A stretch of 64,000 nucleotides of DNA, taken from assembly GCA_046563655.1 (NCBI GenBank), contig CM102290.1, positions 6,200,001-6,264,000 on the forward strand, given 5' to 3'. This DNA comes from Yuukianura sp. NJ FZ-2021 (taxonomy: Eukaryota). The notes under the pieces are model-generated. The model was given only the letters and a program-made list of their open reading frames with translations. It was not told the origin of the DNA and made no database searches. This document shows positions 36,275 through 45,887 of the stretch, one piece after another. Each line of letters begins with the position of its first letter. Position 1 is the first letter of the stretch. The translations under genes were made by a program, and so were the position numbers.

Positions 36275-37045
36275 ATGGAATTGAAGCACACAGAGACAGA
36301 GGGAGAACCGGCTAAGAAACGCCGTCTTCACATCCAAAGGAACATTTCGTCACTGGACGATCTACCTCTAATCAATATAGCTAGAAAGCTAAGCGTTTTA
36401 GATGCGTCAAAGTTTAACGATGCTTTACATGCATATCCCAGGATCATAACCTTATTTGCTAGAGAGATAGAAAAGGTCATGACCAATTGGGATGAATTAA
36501 TCGAGACATTTAATTTGTTTGGAAGTTCAAGCACTTTTCACTGTGAAATTGAAATGCGTGTTTGCGATCATGAGAAACGATGGTATTTAGCACAATTACC
36601 AATAGAATTTGCTCCATTCAGTTGTATGGATGTATTTAGAATTTTGAATTGTGGCTTTGTGTGTAAAGTAGAAACATTTAGAAGTTTGGTGGCTAGAGAG
36701 CTCATAGAGTTAGTTGAAACTCAAGGTCACCACATCCATGCAGATCTACCGTATGGGCGTACGCCGCCAAAGACAGTAAGCTTTCGTAAAGATGTCATAA
36801 CGACATATCCATTTAACTTTATGCGAATTGTAACCGCCGTAGAAGAAACAAACGGAAAAGAGTCCGTGCGACAAGAATTGTTAGTTAAATACAAAAATGA
36901 GTACGATAAGTACCTGAATACACTAAGCTTCCGACAGAGGCGTATGCGTGTTGTATATAAGAGGAGATGCACTGAGAATGGTAGGGAGGTTACAGACGAG
37001 TATGTTGAATTTCTGTGTAGGTTTTCTGATAGATACAATCAGTAA
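36275..37045 (+). CDS. Accessory paralogue 2, F-box-like
   Basis: Clearly similar to paralogue 1 along its whole length (LHIQR..SL.DLPLI.I.RKL, DEYVEF.C..SD). Confidence 0.7.
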   Translation: MELKHTETEGEPAKKRRLHIQRNISSLDDLPLINIARKLSVLDASKFNDALHAYPRIITLFAREIEKVMTNWDELIETFNLFGSSSTFHCEIEMRVCDHEKRWYLAQLPIEFAPFSCMDVFRILNCGFVCKVETFRSLVARELIELVETQGHHIHADLPYGRTPPKTVSFRKDVITTYPFNFMRIVTAVEETNGKESVRQELLVKYKNEYDKYLNTLSFRQRRMRVVYKRRCTENGREVTDEYVEFLCRFSDRYNQ

Positions 37046-37172
37046 TAACTGAAAGTCATTAGTCCTAATAGCTGCAAGTAGCTTTAGTAGGAGGACTTGA
37101 GTAGTTGAATAAATATTTGAATTGGGATTTTTGATATTAAGGCATATATCAGAGGTTATAATATTTAAGGAA

Positions 37173-37940
37173 ATGGAGGGGAGAAGCGAGACTACAATGA
37201 AGCCGCTTGCATACACTCCACTCCACTTCACTGCTTTGGGATTCGACGTCCTAGAAATCATCATAAAAGAACTCAACGCTTTAGACGCAAACAATTTAGC
37301 TGAAGCATTTCCCGAACTTAGTAACGAAATAGCCTTAATTATTAGAAAAACAATGGACACAAGGTGTTCCATAGTCGAGCAGTTTGAACTTTGTGGAAAG
37401 CGATACCCAGATCGACCCGCTGTAAATGTAGTAGATGAACTGGATACAGCTAGACACGAGAAGCTGTGGTACTTGGCTCAAATACCTATGAAATGGAAAC
37501 ATGTAGAAATGACGGACGTCGTGCGCTTAATTCACTGTCCCTTCACGTTAAAACCTAGTGCAATTATCAATATCAGTGTAGAATGTTGGGTCGACTTAAT
37601 CGCAGATGCTGAATGGAATGTCATCCCACAGCGAACATTAATTTCGGATAGGCTTATTGGCGTCAAATGTGTCAAGAAGCCTCATAATGTATTCACCATG
37701 TTCACATACAGTCGATTGGCCAAAGTTTTACGCGAACTGGGAGAACCAGAAAGCAAATGGAAGCCATTTACTTACGTGTTTCAAATACGATATCAGGCTT
37801 ATTGGGATACGTTGTCCCCAAGACGACAACAGATTCGGAATGATTTGTTTCGAATTTTTCAAGGTTTTGGATTTTATATGGACGAAGAAAAAGCAGAATA
37901 CATTTGTCAAACAGATCGAAGTCTCAGAGATTTTGACTAG
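37173..37940 (+). CDS. Accessory paralogue 3, F-box-like (most diverged)
   Basis: FTALGFDVLEIIIKELNALDANNL fits the F-box pattern; HEKLWYLAQIP and TLSPRRQQIR are shared with the paralogues. Confidence 0.68.
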   Translation: MEGRSETTMKPLAYTPLHFTALGFDVLEIIIKELNALDANNLAEAFPELSNEIALIIRKTMDTRCSIVEQFELCGKRYPDRPAVNVVDELDTARHEKLWYLAQIPMKWKHVEMTDVVRLIHCPFTLKPSAIINISVECWVDLIADAEWNVIPQRTLISDRLIGVKCVKKPHNVFTMFTYSRLAKVLRELGEPESKWKPFTYVFQIRYQAYWDTLSPRRQQIRNDLFRIFQGFGFYMDEEKAEYICQTDRSLRDFD

Positions 37941-38024
37941 TGGTTTAGTGTTAGGAACCACTAGCAATAGGTAGGTAGGTTAGCATAATAATTTTCCTTC
38001 TTGCTTCTTGTACAGAAAAATAAA

Positions 38025-40400
38025 ATGGCGTGCACACTGATCAGTACGTTGATGACGATCGGATTTATTGCCAAAGGAGTGGCATATCAGATCACTCCGA
38101 CAGAGGTTCGAGTGACAACCGGAACAACGATCCGGGAGATCCGGAACACGGAATTGTATACCGCATCGGTCCCATTGATCTACGACATACAAGTGTCATT
38201 CAGAGAATTTGAGAAAAACGTATTCGAGGCCTATAGATGTGTGGAAGTGGATGGAACGTGTATCTTCCCAAACACAATGCGTAGGCCCATCGGACATGTA
38301 TCAGAAATTTTGGGAAATATCATAGCCGATTCCTTAATGAGGGACGAATCAGGTACGTTTGGGATAGTAAGCGAGGACCAAGGTAAGTCCATCGGGAACA
38401 TGGGCCCTACCCGAAACGAAATTGTCAAAGAGAAGCCGGTGATATCAGTGGACGATATACCGATTGCCATTCAGCAGGCAAGAAACCGCGCTCGGTTGAA
38501 TCGAACTAAGCAGACATCCAAGGCTAAGGCTTCGAACCGGGGAAAAAGAGAATTTGATTTTCAGGCATACAACCCTTTAACCTTAATTGGGGACTGGTGG
38601 TCATTTTGTTGTGGTGTGGCTTCTAAAAGAGATTTAAGTGACATTAGCATGAACTCGGAAAAGATGGAACTGTTTCTTTCTGTCATGAAAGATTCAGTTG
38701 TGGAAACTAATCGGAATCTTATGACCATAAAAGGAGGATTGGAAATGTTCCAGGGCAATGCATCTCGCATTTTTAATTCCGTCCACCGACAGATTGAAAT
38801 AACGATGCGCGAACAACAGGAATTACAAGGGGAAGAGGATGCCCTGACAAAAGATGTGAAACGGTTAGAAAAGGAATTACTTTCACATCAAATGACTTTT
38901 GTCCAGGTTTATGAACACCTTAACTCGATCATGGAAATTATGAGATTTAAAGATCTCCAAGATCACTGTAGAGCAGGAACCATTTCTATCTTAGCAATTC
39001 CATTCAAACGATTGATTGCAGATTTGGGGGAATTGTCAAAGCAATTGCAAAACGATGGATACGAATTAGTTGTTCCGCCATCCGAAATCTCGAGATATTA
39101 CAAGTTAAAGATCGCTGATTGTGCATTTACCACGGAAGGACGAACGATCTTTAGATTGAGAATTCCAATCAGGCGTAAGGCCGCAAACTGGAAATTGTAC
39201 GCAATGACTAACATACCATTCAGTTATAAGGGTAGTACGTGCATTCTGCAACATGCGCCCACATATCTGGCATTAAGTAACGATACGTTGGTCACAATTC
39301 AGGGAACTCAATTACAACAATGTAAACCAGAGTCAGGATTGTGTTTGATCCCTCAATTTAATTCGGATCCACTCACTGGTTACATGTGTGCCCAAAAGTT
39401 GCTGAGAGGTGCATCACTAGCGGAATTAAATGAGTATTGTCTTTTTGAATGTTTGGCAGACAAGAGCGAGTTAACGATTTCACAACTGGATCATCATACT
39501 TTTGCGGTGACGGGTGCGACTGAAACCATGAACATAAGATGTCATAATAGAGACGATGATATTGATTTTCCGTTAGAGCCACCACCACATGGTATAGGAA
39601 GTATAGAAGTTAAGTTGGCATGCGACTGTGAGTTGCAGTTGCCAGGTAGAATGCCTATTAAACCACCGTATCCATGTCCTATCGGTTTGGCAGAAAGACC
39701 TCGAGTAAATCTGGTAATTCCAGCAATGATGGCACGAATGGATGTGTTGTTGAACACTACCCGATTTGGCAGAAACTCTGAGAAGAAGTTATATCCCGAC
39801 TTGAAAACAATATTTAACGAGACTTGGGATTTGGGATCTCCAAGGCTGAATTTGACAGAGATGAGTCATTTGAAGTCCATGATGGTTCCGAAATTAATTC
39901 AAATAACAGCCCCATCAACAAATACAGCGTTGATAATTTGGAATATCGTACTTTCAGTAGGCGTAGCCCTACTCTTGTACAAACAGTTCATGGCAAACGG
40001 GGGAATGGTCTTTGGAGTTCCCTTTGCAGGACAAATAGGAGGAGCAGTTGCGAATCCCACAGGCGTAGAATTGCATCATGCTATTAACATGTTCACCGTC
40101 GTCATGTGGTTAGTTTTATTACTCGTACTTTTGGGAGGACTCACCTGGTTTTACTGGCGTAAAAGGAACCAACTTAAGAAACAAAGAGAGGAACGAGATA
40201 AAGTGCGAAAAATGGAGATTTCCGAACCCTTCGTAGGAACGAGAGTTCAGTTTAATTTAGACGCTGAACAAGGGCGTCCACCACTGAAAATTATTTTGCA
40301 TTCTCCACAAGCTGACAAAATTGTGGACTTGATTAAGAGTGCTGTGAGTGAGTTGGAAGAACCAGCTCAAGAGTCTACCAGCGTAGATACTCGTGTTTAA
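38025..40400 (+). CDS. env: Env fusion glycoprotein (baculovirus-F/errantivirus-like)
   Basis: Signal peptide, furin RGKR, fusion peptide LIGDWWSFCCGV, heptad region, Cys-rich ectodomain, hydrophobic TM segments; homologous to element 1 env. Confidence 0.9.
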   Translation: MACTLISTLMTIGFIAKGVAYQITPTEVRVTTGTTIREIRNTELYTASVPLIYDIQVSFREFEKNVFEAYRCVEVDGTCIFPNTMRRPIGHVSEILGNIIADSLMRDESGTFGIVSEDQGKSIGNMGPTRNEIVKEKPVISVDDIPIAIQQARNRARLNRTKQTSKAKASNRGKREFDFQAYNPLTLIGDWWSFCCGVASKRDLSDISMNSEKMELFLSVMKDSVVETNRNLMTIKGGLEMFQGNASRIFNSVHRQIEITMREQQELQGEEDALTKDVKRLEKELLSHQMTFVQVYEHLNSIMEIMRFKDLQDHCRAGTISILAIPFKRLIADLGELSKQLQNDGYELVVPPSEISRYYKLKIADCAFTTEGRTIFRLRIPIRRKAANWKLYAMTNIPFSYKGSTCILQHAPTYLALSNDTLVTIQGTQLQQCKPESGLCLIPQFNSDPLTGYMCAQKLLRGASLAELNEYCLFECLADKSELTISQLDHHTFAVTGATETMNIRCHNRDDDIDFPLEPPPHGIGSIEVKLACDCELQLPGRMPIKPPYPCPIGLAERPRVNLVIPAMMARMDVLLNTTRFGRNSEKKLYPDLKTIFNETWDLGSPRLNLTEMSHLKSMMVPKLIQITAPSTNTALIIWNIVLSVGVALLLYKQFMANGGMVFGVPFAGQIGGAVANPTGVELHHAINMFTVVMWLVLLLVLLGGLTWFYWRKRNQLKKQREERDKVRKMEISEPFVGTRVQFNLDAEQGRPPLKIILHSPQADKIVDLIKSAVSELEEPAQESTSVDTRV

Positions 40401-40946
40401 GCATACGAGCAGGTCGAAAACATACCTCCTCGTTCAAATTTGACCCAGGTCTACCATTGACGATTTCATAATCACATTACTTCATCCAGCTCAGAAGCTT
40501 CCGATTTTTTTTTTAAATTTAAATTATTTTAAATTTTCTTATTTTATTCCAAATTCCAGAAAAAGTTTTACGTTAAACTCTGTACGTTAACGTAATTGTG
40601 GGAAAGTTGAAAAGTCAGGAGAATTTAGGTCCGGAGATTTGGATGGTCAGAGTCGCATTGACACCGCCATCACCACTGGAATTCTATCAGGATAGCCGTT
40701 TCTTCTTTTAGGATTTTCTATTATAATAAGTTCTGGACATTTCGCTTGCGATAGTGTGATGAGGTCACTAAGGGATCACAGTCAATGGGAAAAAGTAATT
40801 TAAGAGTCATAAATGTCAGAAACTTCAGAAAAACTGCATTTAGCGAACTCTCAGGATCGACATTAGAATTGCTGAAAGTATAACAAAAAAAAGGAAATAA
40901 GTTGGGGAAGAATGATTTTCCCGTAATTATAATTTAAATTTTAGAT

Positions 40947-41879
40947 ATGGCAAGGAGACAAGCTCCCGATTACTGGAAAAGTCAGATGCACAGATTCCGA
41001 GATCCCTCCACTATTGGGTGGATACAACATTGGAAAGAGATCGCCGCGAGCGAGTACAAACCTAGTAAGGGGTACCTACAAGACGTAAAAGATATCGAGT
41101 CAATTCTAGCGTCAAAGAAATCGAGAGTTGAGAAACAACACGAATTAGAACATAAGGTCAGTCAGGCTCGTAGTTTTAGCCCTATTGAAATGAGTATGTT
41201 ATCAATCCATTTTCCAGAGATAGAGCAACCTATGTGGAAACATATGCAATATAGCCTCCACTACATTGAGGATAAGATCAAGGAATTTCAAATGTGGTAT
41301 TATCCGAAGACAGGACTAGTTCAAGATAGTTATCTTTTACCATACTCACATCATGAGGCTGTATATAGGTTTTCGAAGGGGATGAGAAAACTTAGTCATC
41401 CCATCCATACACAAATTGTCGATAACGTAGATGGGGTTTATCTTGCTTTGAACATCGGAGTTTACATTTCTTTAAATATAGATGAAAAGATCCATTTGGC
41501 ACAACGATATCAGCACGTACCAGTTTACAAAGGTAGAATTGTTAGAACACATGAAACCGCGGATGCTATCTTGTTCGGGGAAGCCGAATTCTTAAAGACT
41601 AGAATGATAGAGGTTCACACAATTTTGATGTACAATGGGGGTAGACCTTCGGAAATTGATTTCTTTATGTACTATCATAATGTAATATGGAGAGAACGAG
41701 AGAAATCGTTGAAATCTCGTCAAGCCCATTACAGTCATTTGAGAAACATGAGATATCTAAAAATGGGATGGGATGATGACGCAGAATTTCGATCTTACTA
41801 TCACAGGAACAGCGATCCGTTCTTTAGTAGCAGCTCCAATAGCTCCGAATCGTCCGATCACACAGACGAAAGCGAATAG
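40947..41879 (+). CDS. Hypothetical 310-aa accessory protein
   Basis: Intact ATG-started sense ORF after a TTTTAG acceptor; no motif recognised. Confidence 0.65.
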   Translation: MARRQAPDYWKSQMHRFRDPSTIGWIQHWKEIAASEYKPSKGYLQDVKDIESILASKKSRVEKQHELEHKVSQARSFSPIEMSMLSIHFPEIEQPMWKHMQYSLHYIEDKIKEFQMWYYPKTGLVQDSYLLPYSHHEAVYRFSKGMRKLSHPIHTQIVDNVDGVYLALNIGVYISLNIDEKIHLAQRYQHVPVYKGRIVRTHETADAILFGEAEFLKTRMIEVHTILMYNGGRPSEIDFFMYYHNVIWREREKSLKSRQAHYSHLRNMRYLKMGWDDDAEFRSYYHRNSDPFFSSSSNSSESSDHTDESE

Positions 41880-41911
41880 CAGATTCCGAGTCATCAAGAA
41901 GACTCACCAAG

Positions 41912-42898
41912 ATGAACGACACGTCATTTTTAGAATATAGACGGATGTCACAATATGCTTTTCCATTAATTAGATCAAGCGCAAATTCTGCAGGTTTAGA
42001 TTTAACTTGTGCATACGAGAAAATAATTCAACCTAGGTCTTGGGGTTTAGTACTAACTGACATACAGGTCAAGTTACCGGCAGGTACTTATGGAAGGGTT
42101 GTACCCAAATCCGGATTAGCAGTTAAACATGGGATTACGTTAGAGTCAGGAATTATAGATCCCGATTTTCAAGGGACTATTGGTGTTGTTCTGTTTAATC
42201 ATTTAAACGAGGAGTTTACAGTAAAGAGAGGAGATAGATTCGCACAACTTATATGTGAAAAATTTGCACAACCAGAAGTTGTGGAAGTACAGGAAATTGT
42301 ACCAAGCATTCGCGGAGTGCGAAGCTTAGTGTCCATCAGAAATAGAGGACAGATTCAAGGAGACGGTTCAGGAGACGGACTTCTGTATTCTTTTGGAACA
42401 ATTTTGAAAAATGTTAAAATTATTCCAACCATGGGACGTGTAATAAGACACGTTTGCTTCATGACGATTGAAGACGTCGTGAGTGCACGAGCAAAAGGGA
42501 GCTTGACAGAGGTGCTTGAAGAAATAGCACGGCAGAAAACCGAATTTCGGTCACAAGTAGCAGTCTCAGTAGATTTCTTCTTAACGCTGCGCTTAGAAGA
42601 TATTATGGAGGTAGTAGAACAATTTTGCTTTTACCCTCCTCAATATTTCTATATGTATCCTGGACACGTTTGTATTGATCTTGCCACAAAGAAGCCATAC
42701 GACAGTATCGTAGGGTTGTGGCATATCATGGAGCGTACTCACACTTGTACAAATTTATTCGTGCACGCAGAATTATTTAATGCCATAACGTTAAAGTTTA
42801 ACGTGCTCCGAAAGTTGAAATTGTTAGAAGAGTCACCAGCAGCAGGACCTAGTAGTGCTGTAAGTGCAAATGCAAGCGTAAATACTAAATCTAAGTAA
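41912..42898 (+). CDS. dut: dUTPase-like protein with C-terminal extension
   Basis: Motifs I AGLDL, II GRVVPKSGLA, III GIIDPDFQG and IV GDRFAQLI; motif V degenerate (RGVRSLVS); ~185 extra C-terminal residues. Confidence 0.88.
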   Translation: MNDTSFLEYRRMSQYAFPLIRSSANSAGLDLTCAYEKIIQPRSWGLVLTDIQVKLPAGTYGRVVPKSGLAVKHGITLESGIIDPDFQGTIGVVLFNHLNEEFTVKRGDRFAQLICEKFAQPEVVEVQEIVPSIRGVRSLVSIRNRGQIQGDGSGDGLLYSFGTILKNVKIIPTMGRVIRHVCFMTIEDVVSARAKGSLTEVLEEIARQKTEFRSQVAVSVDFFLTLRLEDIMEVVEQFCFYPPQYFYMYPGHVCIDLATKKPYDSIVGLWHIMERTHTCTNLFVHAELFNAITLKFNVLRKLKLLEESPAAGPSSAVSANASVNTKSK

Positions 42899-42914
42899 AT
42901 ATTTCAATTCCAGA

Positions 42915-44483
42915 ATGCAAAAGATACTGAATGTAAAGCAGCATAAGATTAGGCTATTTACAACACCTACAGAATATTATAAAATTAGACATAAGAAAAA
43001 TATCGACATTGAGGTCATTCAACCCAAGCTAAAGAAAGAGATGATGGAGATGAGGGCCAGCTCTACTTTGCGTAATAAGCTGTTACACTTGCCGTTGAGA
43101 TCAGACAGACCACAGATCTTGCCCGAGATAATCCGAGAGGAAACAACACTCCTGGCTAACATCAGGAAGATCTATGATCGGAAACCGATGGTGATCTATG
43201 CGTTCCAGAACGAACAGACATATCTTGGGGAAACCACCCATATCGCAATCATGACTCCAGAGCGAGGTTTTGTCATTGATGCTAAAGAGACCGCCAAGCA
43301 GTTGCTGGAGCCTTTAAGAATTTTGATGGAATCCTCAGAAATTGCGAAGATTACGTATCAAGGGGAACGTCAGTTTAAGGCACTACTTAGAGATTTTGGC
43401 ATAACAGCAGCGGGTATAGTGGATATCGCTAAACTTCCACTCGTGGGAATCTCTGACTCAACAACGTCCTTCAGTTATGCAGCCTTGTGCCAGCAGTACA
43501 TTGATGAACACGTAGCAGTGGTAGACTACCAAACCGTTTGTGACACTCAGTTCAGCTCTCATGTTATAGAACACTTCCAGCTGATGACCGATTTTGCAGA
43601 GCAATTGCTGAACGTTTGGCTAGGCATTACTGACTCCTTACGACGAGACTTCATGAACCAGACAACGCGAATCATTGACCGGTGGCTACATGAGACAGAA
43701 AAAGACGTGGCTCTCTCCGTCCCACGCCCTGCATTTGAATCAACTTATCTCGGATGCTCCACCAGATTGCAATGCCTTCATACGACGGTAGTGACCATCG
43801 CTCGAAATCTTGACTGCCCTATCAGTTTGTTTGAATCCGATATTGAAGTGTGGAAGCGCTGCAGCAATGACGAGTTTGTACGAGGAGTACTGCGCAGATT
43901 TCGTCGCCTCCCAAAACCCGAGGGCATCCCGACGGATGCGTATGAACGTATCATGCCATCCTTGTATCATGAGTACGAGATCAAGTTTGACTTCAACGAC
44001 GCCATTCTTCGCCCCCAGTCATCCAAAGCTAAAGAGGTGCCAGTTAAGTCAATGGTCCCAAACCCTCTTCATTCGTCAAAAAGTTGTCTTGCCGTTGGGA
44101 AGCGTCGTATACAAGAATTCATTCCGGAGGTTGTTCAGGTCAAAGCACCAAAGACTCAAGAACGCCATGAGAAGCGCGAGGCCAGGCGAGAGCGGAACCA
44201 GAGACACCGAGAGGCCAGAGAACACGATCGAGATGAACGTTCCCTGCTACGTGAGCGAGTCCGAATTTTGGAGCAGCAGATGGCCACGATGCAGAAACAG
44301 ATGACCGGAGTCCTCCTTTGGAAGAGTTCCCGATCCAGCCGACCGGAAGCAGTGCCGGGCGCGAACAGACGAGGTACAAGGGAAGATCTACACCCTCCAG
44401 GTGATACACCCCCTCCGCCTTCCAGTACCCCTTGGCACAACCGACACCCCATCCCCTCTCCAGAGCGGAATCCTTGGGATTGA
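42915..44483 (+). CDS. Rrp6/RNase D-like 3'-5' exonuclease-fold protein, probably inactive
   Basis: TYLGETTHIAIMT..GFVID..L..LMESSEIAKI..G..LLRDFG..IVD follows the RNase D/EXOSC10 pattern; possible HRDC-like segment; DEDD acidic residues not evident. Confidence 0.62.
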   Translation: MQKILNVKQHKIRLFTTPTEYYKIRHKKNIDIEVIQPKLKKEMMEMRASSTLRNKLLHLPLRSDRPQILPEIIREETTLLANIRKIYDRKPMVIYAFQNEQTYLGETTHIAIMTPERGFVIDAKETAKQLLEPLRILMESSEIAKITYQGERQFKALLRDFGITAAGIVDIAKLPLVGISDSTTSFSYAALCQQYIDEHVAVVDYQTVCDTQFSSHVIEHFQLMTDFAEQLLNVWLGITDSLRRDFMNQTTRIIDRWLHETEKDVALSVPRPAFESTYLGCSTRLQCLHTTVVTIARNLDCPISLFESDIEVWKRCSNDEFVRGVLRRFRRLPKPEGIPTDAYERIMPSLYHEYEIKFDFNDAILRPQSSKAKEVPVKSMVPNPLHSSKSCLAVGKRRIQEFIPEVVQVKAPKTQERHEKREARRERNQRHREAREHDRDERSLLRERVRILEQQMATMQKQMTGVLLWKSSRSSRPEAVPGANRRGTREDLHPPGDTPPPPSSTPWHNRHPIPSPERNPWD

Positions 44484-44785
44484 ATGTTGACGACTTCAGT
44501 AATTTAATGTAGTACATCTTGTTGCGGTACATGTAACGGTTAATGACAGAGATATGCCCAAGCAGAGAGGGCTTGAGACAGCAGACGTAGTAAATTTATT
44601 TGTAGAATGTCCTAGACTGATAGGATGAGTTAGGCACTTCAAGATAACGCACTTTGTGACCTCTGCTTATCATGTCTTAGCTACTAGGTTATCACGGCAC
44701 GCGGAAATCGTGACTTTGTCACATATGTTAGGTTAGGTTAGGATAAGTTCGTTACACATGTAATCGCCGAGGACGGCTCATGACT

Positions 44786-44798
44786 AAGTTGGGGAAGA
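44786..44798 (+). other. Polypurine tract
   Basis: AAGTTGGGGAAGA immediately before the 3' LTR TG. Confidence 0.8.
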
Positions 44799-45887
44799 TG
44801 TAACAGTGGAGAAAGCTGTCAATCAATCTTCTAGTATTGATTGGCAGATTTCTCACTGGAGCACGGGAGAAGGGAATGAATTAGTTCATTCCTTTTTCGC
44901 GTGTTCCCTAATCAGGAGGGAGACGACCCCAGGGTGCTGACTGATCACCCTTATCAGCTGCGAAAAGTTTACGACTTTTCGCAATCAACAGTAAAAGTCA
45001 AGTCATGAGTAATCTGACGTGACTTAAGTTTCACTTAGTTAGCATTACTAATTCAAATTGTAAGACAAAGTTTATGTCTTTTTGTAAGAAAATAGATTAG
45101 AGAAAAAGACTAGAAAATTGATGATTTTAGAACTTTGTAGTTACAAAGTGTAGATTAGTTTGACATGTTTATTAGTTAATGAGTTCGAAGATCATGTTCT
45201 TGCATGTTCAGATCTTCTAATCTTTAGGGATAAATAGAGGATCGGTAGTCCGACCTCTTGGTCAGTTGTCCGGTAGCTTTTACTTAACTCTTAACTTCTA
45301 GTAGGCACTCGGCCAGCCTGGCCCTTAAGTCTAAATTAAAAGCATCTACTTTCACTTCCTTTTCTTCACTTCTTTCAACTTCTAACTTCCAACGAGACGC
45401 TCCAGCCACCGTGGGTCAACCCGGGGAGTACCACCACCAACCAAAGTCTCCAGCCAACCCAAGGAGAGGTCGAGAGGTCAATCCAAACATCAGTAAGGGG
45501 TAGCGCCAAGGCCAGGCCAAAACCTCAGGTATGTAAAGCCACAGCACTTTACTAGTAAAAGTACTCAGGTCCTCCTGCTGGGTTATGCCCACAAATGTTT
45601 AAAGAGCATTGAAGTTTAGCTACTTTCACTTTCATTCCTACCGACTTCCACCAACCAATCCAAGAACTTAGGAAACCCCAGGACTAGTGCTAGACTAGTA
45701 GGTCATCGTTCTAACATAGATCAGTTAGGGAACAACTTCATGAGAATAGGTATTCCGTTCTCTTTTCTTTATTATAGATTATCGTTAGATTGATTGATTA
45801 TTTCTCTATCGCCATTGATAGGCGTAGGAGTATGTAGATTAGATGATGATACGATGATAGTTAGAGTGAGAGATGGGAGAGGTTTCA
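44799..45887 (+). repeat. 3' LTR (1089 bp)
   Basis: Copy of 25950-27037 with one extra G (~45100). Confidence 0.97.

Larger units (their letters stand above)
25950..45887 (+). mobile_element. Element 2: complete 19.9-kb Ty3/Gypsy element / endogenous retrovirus with 10 ORFs
   Basis: TG...CA LTR pair, 4-bp TSD GAAA (25946-25949 / 45888-45891), PBS, PPT, gag, pol, env plus seven extra sense ORFs, all uninterrupted. Confidence 0.97.

Noticed and set aside
8454..44532. Short antisense and alternative-frame ORFs overlapping gag, pol, env and accessory genes
   Set aside because: Shadows of long coding ORFs; no motifs or independent signals.
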